From: Anaeromyxobacter sp. | GTDB lineage: Bacteria > Myxococcota > Myxococcia > Myxococcales > Anaeromyxobacteraceae | Reading direction: 5' to 3' | NCBI GenBank assembly: GCA_049840735.1 | Contig: JASGJN010000026.1 | Span: 448,001 to 512,000, forward strand | Length of the DNA stretch: 64,000 nt | Shown: positions 43,244 through 54,119 of the stretch, in pieces | Layout of the letters: every line of letters begins with the position of its first letter | How positions within the stretch are numbered: the first letter of the stretch is position 1 | Made by a program: the position numbers and the translations under genes | The notes under the pieces: model-generated | What the model was told of the DNA's origin: nothing | What the model saw: the letters and a program-made list of their open reading frames with translations, nothing else | The model's database searches: none

Positions 43244-43291
43244 CCGTTCGGCCTGAGCGTGGGGCCGCGAAGCGGCCCGGAGTCGAAGGCC
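43244..43291 (+). repeat. REP-like palindromic element
   Basis: CCGTTCGGCCTGAGCGTGGGGCCGCGAAGCGGCCCGGAGTCGAAGGCC. Confidence 0.7.
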
Positions 43292-43361
43292 AGGGATCGC
43301 GCCGCCCGCCGCTCGCCCGGCCACCCGTCTCCCGCCCCTCCGCGGGGCTGAGGGAGGCGCG

Positions 43362-44753
43362 ATGAGCCAGGCCCGCGTGCTGGTGGTGGACGACAAGGAG
43401 AACCTGCGCAAGCTCTTGGCGCGGGTGCTGGGGGAGCAGTTCGAGGTGGAGACCGCCGAGGACGGCGCCCGCGCCATGGCGCTGGTGGCCAGCCGCCCCT
43501 ACGACGTGGTGCTCACCGACATCCGAATGCCGGCCGCCGACGGCTTCGAGCTCTTGGCGGCGGTGAAGGCGCGCTCCCCGGACACCGAGGTGGTGATGAT
43601 GACCGGGTACGCCACCGTGGCGGACGCGGTCCGCGCCATGAAGCTGGGCGCGCTCGACTACCTGGAGAAGCCCTTCGACCCCGACGCCGCGCTGGCGGTG
43701 GTGGCGCGGGCGGCGGAGCGCAAGCGGTCGGCCGACGCGGCGCGCGCCGAGGCCCCGGGCGAGGAGGCCCGCTTCCACAACCTGGTGGGGAAGAGCCCGC
43801 GCATGCGCGAGGCCTACGCGCTGCTGGAGAAGGCGGCCGGCCTGGACCTCACCGTGCTGCTGCTGGGCGAGACCGGCACCGGCAAGGAGCTGGCGGCGCG
43901 CGCCGTCCACTACCACTCCGCCCGGCGCGAGCGCCGCTTCGTGCCGGTCAACTGCGGCGCGCTCCCGGCCGAGCTGGTGGAGAGCGAGCTGTTCGGCCAC
44001 GCCCGCGGCGCCTTCACCGGCGCGGCCACCGCGCGCGCCGGGCTGTTCGAGGAGGCGCAGGGTGGGACGCTGTTCCTGGACGAGATCGGCGAGCTGCCGC
44101 TGCCGGCGCAGGTGAAGCTCAACCGCGCGCTGCAGGAGAAGGAGATCCGCCGCGTGGGCGACGCGCAGGCCATCCCTGTGGACGTGCGGGTGATCGCCGC
44201 CACCCACCGCGACCTGCGCGACGAGGTGAAGGCCGGCCGCTTCCGCGAGGACCTCTTCTACCGGCTCAACGTCTTCCCGGTGCCGCTGCCCCCGCTGCGC
44301 GAGCGGCCAGAGGACGTGGCGCTGCTGGCGGCGCACTTCCTGGAGAAGCACGCCCGCGCGCTGCGCCGGGCCGTCACCGGGTTCGAGCCGGAGGCGCTGC
44401 GCCGCATGGCGGCCCACGCCTGGCCAGGGAACGTGCGCGAGCTGGAGAACGCGGTGGAGCGGGCCGCCGCCGTGGCCAGCGGCGAGAAGATCACCGCCGC
44501 CGACCTGCCGCCCGACGTGGCCGCGCCGGCGCCGGGCGCCGCACCCTTGGAGCCGGCCGCCGCGCTGGCGCGCCTGCCCTACCGCGAGGCGGTGGCCGGC
44601 GCGCGCGATTGCGTCTCGCGCGAGTACCTGGTGGCGCTGCTGGAGGAGTTCGGCGGGAACGTCACCCGCGCCGCCGAGCGGGCCGGGCTGGAGCGCGAGA
44701 GCCTGCACCGGCTGCTGCGCAAGTACGGGCTGCGCTCGGAGGACTTCAAGTAG
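43362..44753 (+). CDS. Sigma54-dependent response regulator (NtrC family)
   Basis: Receiver domain, [36 protein letters not shown], Fis-type HTH. Confidence 0.95.
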   Translation: MSQARVLVVDDKENLRKLLARVLGEQFEVETAEDGARAMALVASRPYDVVLTDIRMPAADGFELLAAVKARSPDTEVVMMTGYATVADAVRAMKLGALDYLEKPFDPDAALAVVARAAERKRSADAARAEAPGEEARFHNLVGKSPRMREAYALLEKAAGLDLTVLLLGETGTGKELAARAVHYHSARRERRFVPVNCGALPAELVESELFGHARGAFTGAATARAGLFEEAQGGTLFLDEIGELPLPAQVKLNRALQEKEIRRVGDAQAIPVDVRVIAATHRDLRDEVKAGRFREDLFYRLNVFPVPLPPLRERPEDVALLAAHFLEKHARALRRAVTGFEPEALRRMAAHAWPGNVRELENAVERAAAVASGEKITAADLPPDVAAPAPGAAPLEPAAALARLPYREAVAGARDCVSREYLVALLEEFGGNVTRAAERAGLERESLHRLLRKYGLRSEDFK

Positions 44754-45180
44754 TCAGAAGAGGCGCAGGCCGCAGCTCAGCGGGGAGAAGACGGCCGCCA
44801 GCGCCAGGAAGGCCAGCACGACCTGCCAGGTGGGCCGCCTGCGGGCGGCGGCGAGCCGCTCTGCGGGAGACTGGGCCAGCGCGAGCGGCGCCGCGGCCTC
44901 CGGGGCTTCGCCGGTGGCCTCGGCAGCCAGCTGTTCGGCGGTGGGCGCCTCCAGCATCTCCCCGACCACCTCGGCCGCGCGCGCCAGGTCGGACTCGAGC
45001 ACGTAGATGCCCGCGCTGCGCCCCACGTTTCCGAGGACCCCGGCGCCGAACAGCTGCGGCAGCACGCCGTCCAGAATCGCGCAGCTGGCAGGGCACGCCG
45101 GCCTCCTCGAGCAGCCCCTGCACCACGAGGGCCTCGCCGTGGTCGGCGTAGCTGGCGAACAGGACGGTGCGGTCGGACAT
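44754..45180 (-). CDS. DUF2007-like protein with C-terminal TM (apparent frameshift ~45075)
   Basis: [15 protein letters not shown](QLRD)LDG..IYV.ESD..RA.EV once GATTC is read as GATC. Confidence 0.7.
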
Positions 45181-45265
45181 GGCCGGACCGTAGCACGGCC
45201 GCGCTGGCGGCGGACGGCCGCCGGTCGTCCACGTCGCGGCCCGGTGCCTCGTGTACAGTCCAGGG

Positions 45266-45847
45266 ATGATGACCCCCGCCGCCTGCCCAACCTGCCTGCA
45301 GCCGCTCCCGGAGCCGCGCGGGAGCTTCTGCCCAGCGTGCGGCGCGCGGCAGGCGTCCGCCGGGCCGGAGCTCCCGGTCCCCAGCGCGCCCGCGGCGGCC
45401 ACGCTCCACCCCGGGCTTCGCCCCACGGGCGTCCTCTTCCTGGCCCGGGCGGCGCTCTCGCTGCCCGGGCTCGTCACCGCCGTCCAGTCGTCGTTCCGGT
45501 TCCCGCTCCCCTGGGTGGCCGAGACCGTGCTCATCGCAGCCATCGGCGCGGCGCTGCTGGCCCGGGTGCAGGCGCTGCGCTGGCCGGCGCTGGGCGCTGC
45601 CGCCCTGCCGCTGGTCCTGTCGATCCACCTGCTGGGGTCGATCGCTGGATACGGCGGCGGCGAGGCGTTCCTGACCGCCGGCGTGCTCATCCCCATGCTG
45701 CTGTCGCCGCTGGTGTTCCTGGCGGCGACGGCCCTCCTGCTCGTCCCGCGCCCGCAGCCCACGGCGCGGGTGGCGCTGGTGGCGCTCGGCCTGGCGCCGG
45801 GGGTGCTGCTGACGCTGTGGAACCAGATCAAGCTGATGGTGGGGTAG
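45266..45847 (+). CDS. Zinc-ribbon membrane protein
   Basis: CPTC..FCPACG at the N-terminus followed by ~5 hydrophobic segments. Confidence 0.65.
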   Translation: MMTPAACPTCLQPLPEPRGSFCPACGARQASAGPELPVPSAPAAATLHPGLRPTGVLFLARAALSLPGLVTAVQSSFRFPLPWVAETVLIAAIGAALLARVQALRWPALGAAALPLVLSIHLLGSIAGYGGGEAFLTAGVLIPMLLSPLVFLAATALLLVPRPQPTARVALVALGLAPGVLLTLWNQIKLMVG

Positions 45848-46033
45848 GCGAGGAGGTGGGGATGGGCCTGGCGGGGTTCCGCGCCTCGTGAGCGCGGCCG
45901 CGTCCGGTCCGGCAAGGATCAGCCCGGCCGCGCCGGGCTCACCACCGCGTCGTAGCGGCGCGTGCCGGTCCGCTCGAAGCGAGCGCGGCGGCCCGGCGCA
46001 CGTGGGGGCTAGGCGCCGCGCAGCCGCCGTGGC

Positions 46034-46525
46034 ATGAACCGGAGGATGGAGGCGCTGCTCTACACGCTGGGTGGGGTGCTCCTGGTGGTCGGGCTGGCCG
46101 GCGTGGTGCTGCCCGCCGTGCCGGGCTCGCTCTTGCTGGGCCTGGGCGCGGTGCTCATCGGCTGGGCCGACGGCTTCCAGCGGGTGGGCTGGGGCGCGGT
46201 CATCACCGCCGTGGTGCTGGCCGTGATCATCTGGGCGGTCGACCTGCTGGCCGGGATCCTCGGCGCGCGGGCCTTCGGCGCGTCGAAGTGGGCCGTGATC
46301 GGGGCCGGCCTCGGCCTGCTGGCCGGCCTCTTCTTCGGCCTGCCCGGCCTGGTGCTGGGTCCGGCGGTGGGCGCCATCGCGCTCGAGTACCTCCGCAACC
46401 CGGACTTCGAGCGCGCGCTCAAGGCCGGGGCGGGCGCGTTCCTGGGCTTCGTGCTGGGCAGCGCCGTCAAGGTGGCGCTGGCCTTCGTGCTGATCGGCGT
46501 GCTGGTGCTGGCCCTCGTCATCTGA
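46034..46525 (+). CDS. DUF456 family membrane protein
   Basis: GLAGVVLPAVPG, GA..FGASKW..GA..G, GP.VGA..E. Confidence 0.8.
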   Translation: MNRRMEALLYTLGGVLLVVGLAGVVLPAVPGSLLLGLGAVLIGWADGFQRVGWGAVITAVVLAVIIWAVDLLAGILGARAFGASKWAVIGAGLGLLAGLFFGLPGLVLGPAVGAIALEYLRNPDFERALKAGAGAFLGFVLGSAVKVALAFVLIGVLVLALVI

Positions 46526-46685
46526 GCCCCCCCCTTGGTAAGGGTGGCGCGTCACCTCCGGGTGTGGCGTGCCCGGGCGATGCCGGCAGAAATGGGCCCT
46601 GGTTTCACGGACCCGTGGTCCGTCCCCTCCGGTGCGGAGCTTGCTTCCGTCCAGGCGTCCCCCTGGCCCAGCCGGCGCCGCCAGG

Positions 46686-49152
46686 GTGTGGAGGACTCTG
46701 GGGAAAACCTTGGCTCGCAGCGGCTTCTCGCGGACGCCCATGCTGCTCTTCGCTGGCCTGGCCCTGGCCATCGCGGCCGGAGGCGTGGCCTTCGAGCGGC
46801 AGACGACCGAGGCGCGGCGCGAGGAGACCGAGCGCAAGGTGGCGGCCATCGCCAGGCTGCAGGCCGACGCCATCGGCGCCTGGCGCGCGGAGCGGGTGCG
46901 CGCGGCGGTCGGGCTGGCGTCCACCATCGAGGCGCTGGTGGACCTGCCGGCGCTGGGCCGGACCGGCCTGGCCGCCGACGGCGTCCGCGCCGACCTGACG
47001 CTCGCCTTCGCCGCCTACCAGCGCGAGCGACGCGCCGACCTGGCCGCGGTGGTGGATGCAGGCGGCCTCCCGCTGGCGGGCACCGCGCAGGACCTCCGCC
47101 CCGTCCTCTCGGCAGGGCTGCCCGGCGCGCCGCTGGCGACCGACGTCACGCTCCCCGGCGGCGGGCTGGGGCTGCAGGTCACGGTGCCGCTGCAGGCGCG
47201 CGCGCCGGCGGCGGCGCTGGTGGTCCGCTTCGACGCGGCGCGCGAGGTGCTGCCGTTCCTCCGCGGCTGGCCCGGCGCCACCGCCAGCGGGCAGCTGCTG
47301 CTGGTGCGGCGGTCCCGCGGGCAGGCGGTGACGTTCGGCGCCGGCGCGAGCGCCGCGGAGCTCTCCTCGCGGCTGCCCGGCGGCTCCCTCCTGGACGGGC
47401 TGACCGCGGCGGCCGCCACCGGCCGCCCGGACGTGGTGCGCGGGCTGGACGACCGCGGCGTGGAGGTGATCGCCGCCGCCCACCCGGTCCCGGGCTCGCC
47501 CTGGACGGTGCTGGCCCGCGTCGACGCCGCCGAGACCGAGGGGGCCGAGCGGACGCTGGGCGCGCTCACGCTCATGGCCGCGCTGGGGCTGGTGGCGGCC
47601 ACCGGCGCCGGCCTCCGCCTCTGGTCGCGCCGCGATCGCGTGCGGACGCTGGAGCGGGCCTGGAGCGCCGAGCGGCGGGCCCGCCTGCTGCGCGACGAGC
47701 AGGCCCGGCTGGTCGAGCTGGTGGGCGAGCCGGTGGTGCTGCTCGACCCCGAGCAGCGCGTCCGCTTCTGGAACCCGGCCGCGGAGCGGCTTCTTCGGCC
47801 ACCCGCCGGACGAGGCCATCGGCCGCGACCTGGACGAGCTGCTGGCGGCGCGCCCCGCCGGCGATCCGGAGGGGCTGCGCCGCCTGCGCGAGCAGCCTCG
47901 CTGCACGACCGAGCTGCGGCTCTGCCGCCGCGACGGCGAGCCGCTGGAGGTGGAGGTCACGGCGGTGGCCCTGCGGGTCGCGGAGGGCGCCGTGGCCGGG
48001 CACCTGCGCGTCCTCCACGACCTGACCGCGCGCCGGCGCGAGGAGGCCTCGCGGCTGGCGCTCAGGGCGCGGCTGGCCGAGAACCGATCGCATGGCGTCG
48101 ATGGGCCTGGTGGCCGCCAGCGTGGCGCACGAGGTGGCCACGCCGGTGGGCTACGCCCTGACCAGCCTGCGCTTCGCGCGCGAGGAGCTGGCCCGGACCG
48201 CGCCCGCGCTCCAGGAGATCGAGGCCGCGCTGGCCGACGCCGAGGAGGGCGCCGAGCGGGTCCGGCGCATCGTGGCCGAGGTGCGCACCTTCTCGCGCGC
48301 CGGCGCAGAGGAGGGGCCGGCCGACGTGGCGCGGGTGGTGGACTCGGCCCTGCGGCTGGCCGGCGCCGAGCTGCGCCACCGGGCGCGCGTGGTGGTGGAG
48401 GTCGCGCCGGTCCCGCCGGTGCGGGCCAGCGCCCACCACCTCGGCCAGGTGCTGCTCAACCTGCTCGTCAACGCCGCCCACGCCATCCCGCCCGGCGCGC
48501 CGGAGCGCAACCAGGTGCGGGTGGTGGCGCGGCGCGACGGCGACCAGGTGCTGGTGGAGGTGGCGGACACGGGCGGCGGCATCCCGCCCGGCGTCGCCGA
48601 GCGGCTCTTCGAGCCGTTCTTCACCACCAAGGCGGCCGGGCAGGGCACCGGCCTGGGCCTGGCCATCTGCAAGCGGCTGGTGGACGAGGCCGGCGGGGCC
48701 ATCTCCTTCGAGAGCGCGCCGGGGCAGGGCACCACGTTCCGGCTGCGGCTGCCCGCGGCGCCGGCCGCCGCCGACGCGGCCGGCCGGGCCCGCGTGCTGG
48801 TGGTGGACGACAATCCCTCGGTGGCGCGCGCCCTGGCCCGCACGCTGGCCTCGGCGCACGACGTCCGACCGAGACCGACCCGCGCAGCGCGCTGGCGCTG
48901 CTGCGGACCGGCGAGCCCTTCGACCTGGTCATCTGCGACGTGCGCATGCCCGGGCTGGACGGGATCTCGCTGCTGGAGCGGGCCGGCGAGGCGCGGCCCG
49001 GGCTGCAGGCCAGCTGGGTCTTCGTCACCGGGCACGCGGGCGAGGCCGAGGAGCGGCTGGTCCGGACCGGCCGGCCCGTGCTGCGCAAGCCCTTCGACCC
49101 CGCCGCGCTCCGCGCGCTGGTGGACGGGCGGATCTCCCGGCGGGCCTGCTGA
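46686..49152 (+). CDS. Hybrid sensor kinase: TM-periplasmic-TM, PAS, HisKA/HATPase, receiver (apparent frameshifts ~47791, ~48082, ~48867)
   Basis: Pieces across frames: FWNPAAERL, VAHEVATP, NLLVNAAHA, FEPFFTTK..GTGLGL, VLVVDD, ICDVRMP, LRKPF. Start is uncertain (GTG 46686 or ATG 46740). Confidence 0.8.
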
Positions 49153-49184
49153 GCCGGGTGCGCCGCGGCCCGCGGGCCTGTACC

Positions 49185-50311
49185 ATGGCCGCCTTGTCCC
49201 TGCGCCCCGCCCTCGCCGCGCTGCTGCTCTCCCTGGCCTTCCCTGCGGCCGCCGCGGTGCGCGCCGGCGACGCGCCGCTGGGGCTGGCCACGCCCGGCCC
49301 GCTGCGCGGGCTCTTCCTGGACATGCCGCTCCACGACGCCCGCGGCGCCGGCGCCCCCACCCTCGAGCTGCGCTGGCACCTGGCCAACAGCTGGACCGAG
49401 CCGACGCTGCTCTTCCGCGGCGAGCAGGTGGTCTCGGTGCAGCAGGACGTGCAGGCCGACGTGCTGCAGCTGCGGGTGGGCGTGCCCTGGTCGCGCCTGC
49501 TGCAGGCCGCGTGGGCCGAGCGGGTCGAGACCACCGTGGAGGCGCAGCTGTCGTACCTGTGGGGCGGCTGGACCGACCTGCCCATCGAGCGCTGGCACGC
49601 GCTCATCGACTCCTGGAACTTCGAGCGCGAGCAGTACCCGCGCGACGAGGTGCACCTCACGCTGGCCGAGGAGGGCGGCCCGACGCTGGCGCAGCTCGAC
49701 CACCCGCGCCTGGGCTTCGGCGACGTGGCGCTGCGCACGCAGGCGCGGCTCTGGTCCGGCCCGGCCGCCCCCGGGCAGGCGCCGCGCTGGGCGGTGGCGG
49801 GCCGGTTCGAATCTCAAGCTCCCCACCGGCCAGCTCGCGGCCATGGGCGGCTCGGGCGGCCTCGACGCCGGGCTGGGGCTCTCCGGCACCTGGGCGCCGG
49901 CGGGCTGGTTCACCGGCCACGCCGGGGGCAGCCTGCGCGCGGTGAGCGGCCTCCCGCACGGCTTCCCGCTGCAGCCCCGGACGCTCCAGGGCGGCCTGGA
50001 CCTGTCGCTGGTGGTGCGCCCCTGGCCCTGGCTGGCGCTGGTGGGCGAGGCGCGCCTGTCCTCGGCGCTCTTCCAGGACGGGTGGTCGCTCGCGCCGGGC
50101 GTGAAGGAGCCGGAGGCCACCGCCTGGTACTCGCTGTTCCGGGCCCAGCAGCAGCTCACCGGCGCGGTGCGGGTCGGCGAGGTGACCGTGTTCCTGGCCG
50201 AGGACTTCACGGTGGGGAAACGCTACGCCACCGACCCCGGGGCCGTCCTGGTTCTACGACACCAACACGCCGGACCTGGTGCTGGGCGTGTCGTGGCGCC
50301 ACGCGTACTGA
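49185..50311 (+). CDS. Outer-membrane beta-barrel protein, DUF3187-like (apparent frameshifts ~49810, ~50240)
   Basis: Signal peptide, GG.TD.PIE.WH, GFGDV.L, (D)LKLPTG, ED, ending PDLVLGVSWRHAY* with a terminal aromatic residue. Confidence 0.65.
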
Positions 50312-50388
50312 GACCTCAGGCTCCAGACCTCAGGCCTCAGGGGAAGCAGCAGCTCCAGCGGGACCGCGAGCTGCGGACCAGCGCCCTT

Positions 50389-50436
50389 CCGTTCGCCCTG
50401 CGCGCAGCGGCGCGAAGCGCCGCGGAGTCGAAGGGC
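50389..50436 (+). repeat. REP-like palindromic element between convergent genes
   Basis: CCGTTCGCCCTGCGCGCAGCGGCGCGAAGCGCCGCGGAGTCGAAGGGC. Confidence 0.7.
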
Positions 50437-50447
50437 AGGGCTCGACC

Positions 50448-51011
50448 TCACCTCACCCCGCGCAGGCGCCGCACCGGCGCGGCCGCGGGCGGCGCGTCCT
50501 GCGGCGCCACCAGGGCCACGCGGCCCGGGTCGCGCGCCAGGATCACCTCCGGCCCCTGGTCCGGCGCCAGCGCCCGCAGCTCCGGGAAGACCGCCGCGCC
50601 GAACAGGGCCGGCTCGCGCACCGCGCCGCCGGCCGCGGTGGCGGCCAGCGGGCGCCCCTGCTGCCGGGCGGCGGCGGCCAGCGCGGCCAGGTGGCCCGGC
50701 AGCGGCGCGGCCTCCTCGCTCCCCAGCAGCATCACCCCGCCGGCGGCCGGCGCGCACTCCAGCAGCCGGGCCAGCCCGCGCTGCAGCAGCGCCGGGGCGC
50801 CCGGCCCGGCGCCGGCCCCGCACACGGTGACCACCGGGAGCCCGGCCAGCGCGCCGCGCAGCGGGTCGCTGGAGAGGGCCAGCACCACCACCACCGGCCA
50901 GAGCCCGGCGTCCACGGCGGCGCTGGCCGCCTGGCGCACCAGGGCGCCGTCATCGTCCGCGCTTCCGGAACGCGGCGCCCCGGCCAGCACGATCCCGGCC
51001 AGCCCTTGCAT
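50448..51011 (-). CDS. Degenerate MocA/MobA-like NTP transferase family protein
   Basis: AGIVLAG, PVVVVL, PALF...FPEL..L..D.G...I. The catalytic motifs are eroded. Confidence 0.6.
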   Translation of the reverse strand: MQGLAGIVLAGAPRSGSADDDGALVRQAASAAVDAGLWPVVVVLALSSDPLRGALAGLPVVTVCGAGAGPGAPALLQRGLARLLECAPAAGGVMLLGSEEAAPLPGHLAALAAAARQQGRPLAATAAGGAVREPALFGAAVFPELRALAPDQGPEVILARDPGRVALVAPQDAPPAAAPVRRLRGVR

Positions 51012-51176
51012 GTCGCTGGAGTCCGTCACGTCCCCCGCCGCAGCGCCCGACGGGGCGCGCGACCGGGATTCTGTCCGGACCGAGGCGCGGCGTCCCGCCG
51101 GAACGTTCGTTTTCCCCCACCTGGGAACCCGGGCAGCCCAGGTCAGGCTGCGCGCTCCAGCGCGCTCAGGGCGCGC

Positions 51177-52730
51177 TCAGCCCCGCGCCGCCGCGGCCAG
51201 CGCGGAGGCCAGCTGGGCGAGGTCGAAGGGCCTGTCCACCAGCGGCCGCCCGGTCCGCGTCACGGCCGCGCGACGCGCGGCGTCGAGCTTCCCGGTGGCG
51301 GTGAACACCACCCGGCGCGCCAGCTCGGGCCAGCGGGCCGCCAGCGCCTGGTGCAGCGCCTCGCCGGCGAGGTCGGGCGTGTCCAGGTCGCAGAGGATCA
51401 CGTCGAAGCGCTGGCCGGCCTCGAGCCGCGCCTGCGCCTCGCCGCCGCTGGCCACCACCGAGACCTCGTGGTCCGGCAAGAGCCGCGCCAGCGACCGGCC
51501 CACCTCCGGCTCGGCCTCGATCACCAGGAGCCGCGTCCGGTCCTCCGCCGCGGGGGCCGCGGCGGCGCCGGGGACGGCCGCCGGCAGGACCACCTGCGCC
51601 ACGGTCCCGCCCCCCGGCGTGCTGTCGAGCAGGAGCGAGCCGCCCAGCGACGTGAAGATGGCCCGCGCGGCCGGGAGCCCCAGCCCGTGCCCGGTGCCGG
51701 CGGGGCCCGCCGAGAAGGGATCGAAGGCGCGGCTCAGCTTCTCCTGCGCCAGCCCGGCGCCGTCGTCGGAGATCTCCACCCGCGCGTCCCCCTCCGGCGT
51801 GCGGCCCAGCCCGACGCGCAGGGTGTGGACCTCGGGCGCCCCGTCCGGCAGCGACTGCAGCGCGTGCACCAGCAGGTTCAGGAAGGCCTGGGCCAGCCGC
51901 GCCTCGTTGGCCAGCACCCGCGGCGCCTCCTGGAAGGCCCGCACCAGGCGGGCCCGGCGGCGCAGCGCCGGCGTGAGGAGCGCCAGCGCCGCGTCGAGCA
52001 CCCGGGCCAGGTCGAGCGCGGCGCGCGGCTCGTCCTCTGCGCGCGCGAAGAGGCGCAGGTACCGGACCGTGTCGCGCACCCGCTCGGCGGCCTCGCGCGC
52101 GTCGCGCAGCGCCGCCTCCAGCTCCGCCGCGGCCTCGCGCTGGGCGCTGGCCGGCGGGAGCGCCGCCGCCAGCCCGGGCAGCGCCTCCAGCGCGTAGCCC
52201 AGGTTGGCCAGCACGCCGGCGAGCGGGCTGCTCACCTCGTGGGCCACGCCCGCCGCCAGGGTGCCGACCGCGGCCAGGCGGCCCGCCTGCAGCGCCCGCT
52301 CCTCGGCCTCCTTGTGCGCCGTGACGTCGAGCAGCGTCCCCTCGATCAGCTCGGTGCCGTCCTCCACCACCCGCAGCTGCTCGCTGTAGATCACCCAGAC
52401 CGGCGTCCCGTCCCGCCGGCGCATGCGCAGCTCGCCGGCCTGCAGCGCGCCGTCGGCGCGCAGCCGCGCCAGGATCTCCTCACGCATTCGCGGGTCGAGG
52501 TAGAGGGCGGTGGCCGGGACCTCCTGCAGCTCCTCGGGCGAGGCGTAGCCGAAGGCGCGGGCGAAGGCCGGGTTCACCTCCAGCAGGCGCCCGTCCGGCG
52601 TGCTCCGGTACACGCCGGCCAGGTTGCGCTCGAACAGGTCGCGGTAGCGCTCCGCGGTGGCGCGCAGCGCCGCGGCCAGCTCCGCCGCGCGGAGCGCCTG
52701 CTCGCCGGTCGTGTCGGGGGGCGCCGTCAC
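51177..52730 (-). CDS. PAS-domain hybrid histidine kinase with atypical receiver
   Basis: YRDLFE, VNPAFARAFGY, AAGVAHEV..PL, D.G.G, GLGL, FDVILCD. Confidence 0.85.
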   Translation of the reverse strand: MTAPPDTTGEQALRAAELAAALRATAERYRDLFERNLAGVYRSTPDGRLLEVNPAFARAFGYASPEELQEVPATALYLDPRMREEILARLRADGALQAGELRMRRRDGTPVWVIYSEQLRVVEDGTELIEGTLLDVTAHKEAEERALQAGRLAAVGTLAAGVAHEVSSPLAGVLANLGYALEALPGLAAALPPASAQREAAAELEAALRDAREAAERVRDTVRYLRLFARAEDEPRAALDLARVLDAALALLTPALRRRARLVRAFQEAPRVLANEARLAQAFLNLLVHALQSLPDGAPEVHTLRVGLGRTPEGDARVEISDDGAGLAQEKLSRAFDPFSAGPAGTGHGLGLPAARAIFTSLGGSLLLDSTPGGGTVAQVVLPAAVPGAAAAPAAEDRTRLLVIEAEPEVGRSLARLLPDHEVSVVASGGEAQARLEAGQRFDVILCDLDTPDLAGEALHQALAARWPELARRVVFTATGKLDAARRAAVTRTGRPLVDRPFDLAQLASALAAAARG

Positions 52731-52885
52731 CGGACCGACAGTAGGAGAACGCGCCGCCCGGCCGCAAGCGCCTCGCGGTCACGCCTGCGGGGCGGTGCGG
52801 CCTGCCCCCACACCGGGGCCGGGACCGGGGGCCCGCGCGCACTTACCGGTCGCCCGCCGGGCCGCGACGGGGTAGGACTCGGGCG

Positions 52886-53641
52886 ATGATCGCCTGGGAG
52901 ATCGTGGAGCGCGCGGAGCAGCCCGGTGGCGGCGAGCTGGTGCTGGCTCGCCGGGGCCAGGAGTGGGCGGTGCGGGCCGGCGGGCGCGTGCTGATGACCT
53001 CGCGCGTCCACGGCTCGGAGGAGGCGCTGGCGGCGCTGGCGCTGGAGCGGGCCGCGCAGGCCCGGGCGGTGCTGCTGGGCGGCCTGGGGATGGGCTTCAC
53101 GCTGCGGGCCACGCTGGACCGGCTCCCCGGGGACGCGCGCGTGATCGTGGCCGAGCTCTCGCCGGCGCTGGTGGCCTGGAACCGGGGGCCGCTGGCGGAC
53201 CTGGCCGGCCGGCCGCTGGAGGATTCGCGGGTGCGGCTGCAGGTGGGAGACGCCGCGGCCCGGATCCGCGAGGCGCGGGGGGCCTGGGACGTGATCCTGC
53301 TCGACGTGGACAACGGCCCGGAGGCGGTGGCCCGCCCCGCCAACGCCGGGCTCTACGGCAACCCGGGCATCCGCGCCTGCCGCGACGCGCTGCGCGGCGG
53401 CGGCGTGCTGGCGGTCTGGTCGGCCGGGCCCGACGCCGCCTACCAGGCGCGCCTGGAGCGGGCCGGCCTCTCGGCCGAGGTCCGCACCGTGACCGCACGC
53501 GGCGAGGCCGGCGGCGTGCGCCACACCGTCTTCCTGGCCAGCAAGCCCGCCTCCCGCCCCAACCAGCCGCGCCCCGCGCCGGCGCGCCGGGCCGGGCCCG
53601 CGCCGCGGGGCGGCGTGCGGCGGCGGCCGGGGAGAGGGTAG
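52886..53641 (+). CDS. Spermidine-synthase-like SAM-dependent methyltransferase
   Basis: LMTSR.HGSEEAL, GGLGMGFTL, LLDVDNGP, LAVWSA. Confidence 0.8.
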   Translation: MIAWEIVERAEQPGGGELVLARRGQEWAVRAGGRVLMTSRVHGSEEALAALALERAAQARAVLLGGLGMGFTLRATLDRLPGDARVIVAELSPALVAWNRGPLADLAGRPLEDSRVRLQVGDAAARIREARGAWDVILLDVDNGPEAVARPANAGLYGNPGIRACRDALRGGGVLAVWSAGPDAAYQARLERAGLSAEVRTVTARGEAGGVRHTVFLASKPASRPNQPRPAPARRAGPAPRGGVRRRPGRG

Positions 53642-53650
53642 GCTCCCGGC

Positions 53651-54058
53651 GTGCGCCCGTCGCCCACCGCCCGCGCCGCGCTGGCCGCCGCCGCCCTGCT
53701 GGCGGCCGTCGCGCAGGCCGGCTGCTCCCGGAGCTACGACGACGAGCACTACCGGCGCGTCTCGGCGCTCTGCGCCGGGCTGGTGGAGGCGCGCGCCACG
53801 GTGGGGGACGCCGTGGCCGCGTTCGGCAAGCCGCCCTCGCAGGAGGCCTGCGAGCCGGCGGCCTCGCTGGGCGAGGGGGACGCCTGCACGGTCGCCGCGC
53901 CCTGCGCCGTCCGCTGGGTCTGGCCGGCGCGCGACGAGGGGCTGTGCGGCGGCGCCGGGTGCTCCTACGGCTGCGAGCTGCGCTTCGACGATCCGGCGCT
54001 CGAGGGCGGCAGCTGCGCCGGCCAGTTCCTGGACGCGATCCCGCCCGCGCGGCGGTAG
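53651..54058 (+). CDS. Cys-rich hypothetical lipoprotein
   Basis: Signal ending AGC, followed by 8 further Cys in ~110 aa. Confidence 0.55.
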   Translation: MRPSPTARAALAAAALLAAVAQAGCSRSYDDEHYRRVSALCAGLVEARATVGDAVAAFGKPPSQEACEPAASLGEGDACTVAAPCAVRWVWPARDEGLCGGAGCSYGCELRFDDPALEGGSCAGQFLDAIPPARR

Positions 54059-54119
54059 GCTCCGGCCGCGCTTGCCCCCGGCCGCCGGGTAGGGGATACC
54101 GGCAGCGGTGCCCGGCCCC

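Noticed and set aside
50311..50340. Short AGACCTCAGGC duplication
   Set aside because: Only two copies of a short unit in an intergenic region; too little to interpret.
49158..52889. 1243-aa ORF
   Set aside because: The real beta-barrel N-terminus runs out of frame at ~49810 into shadow sequence.
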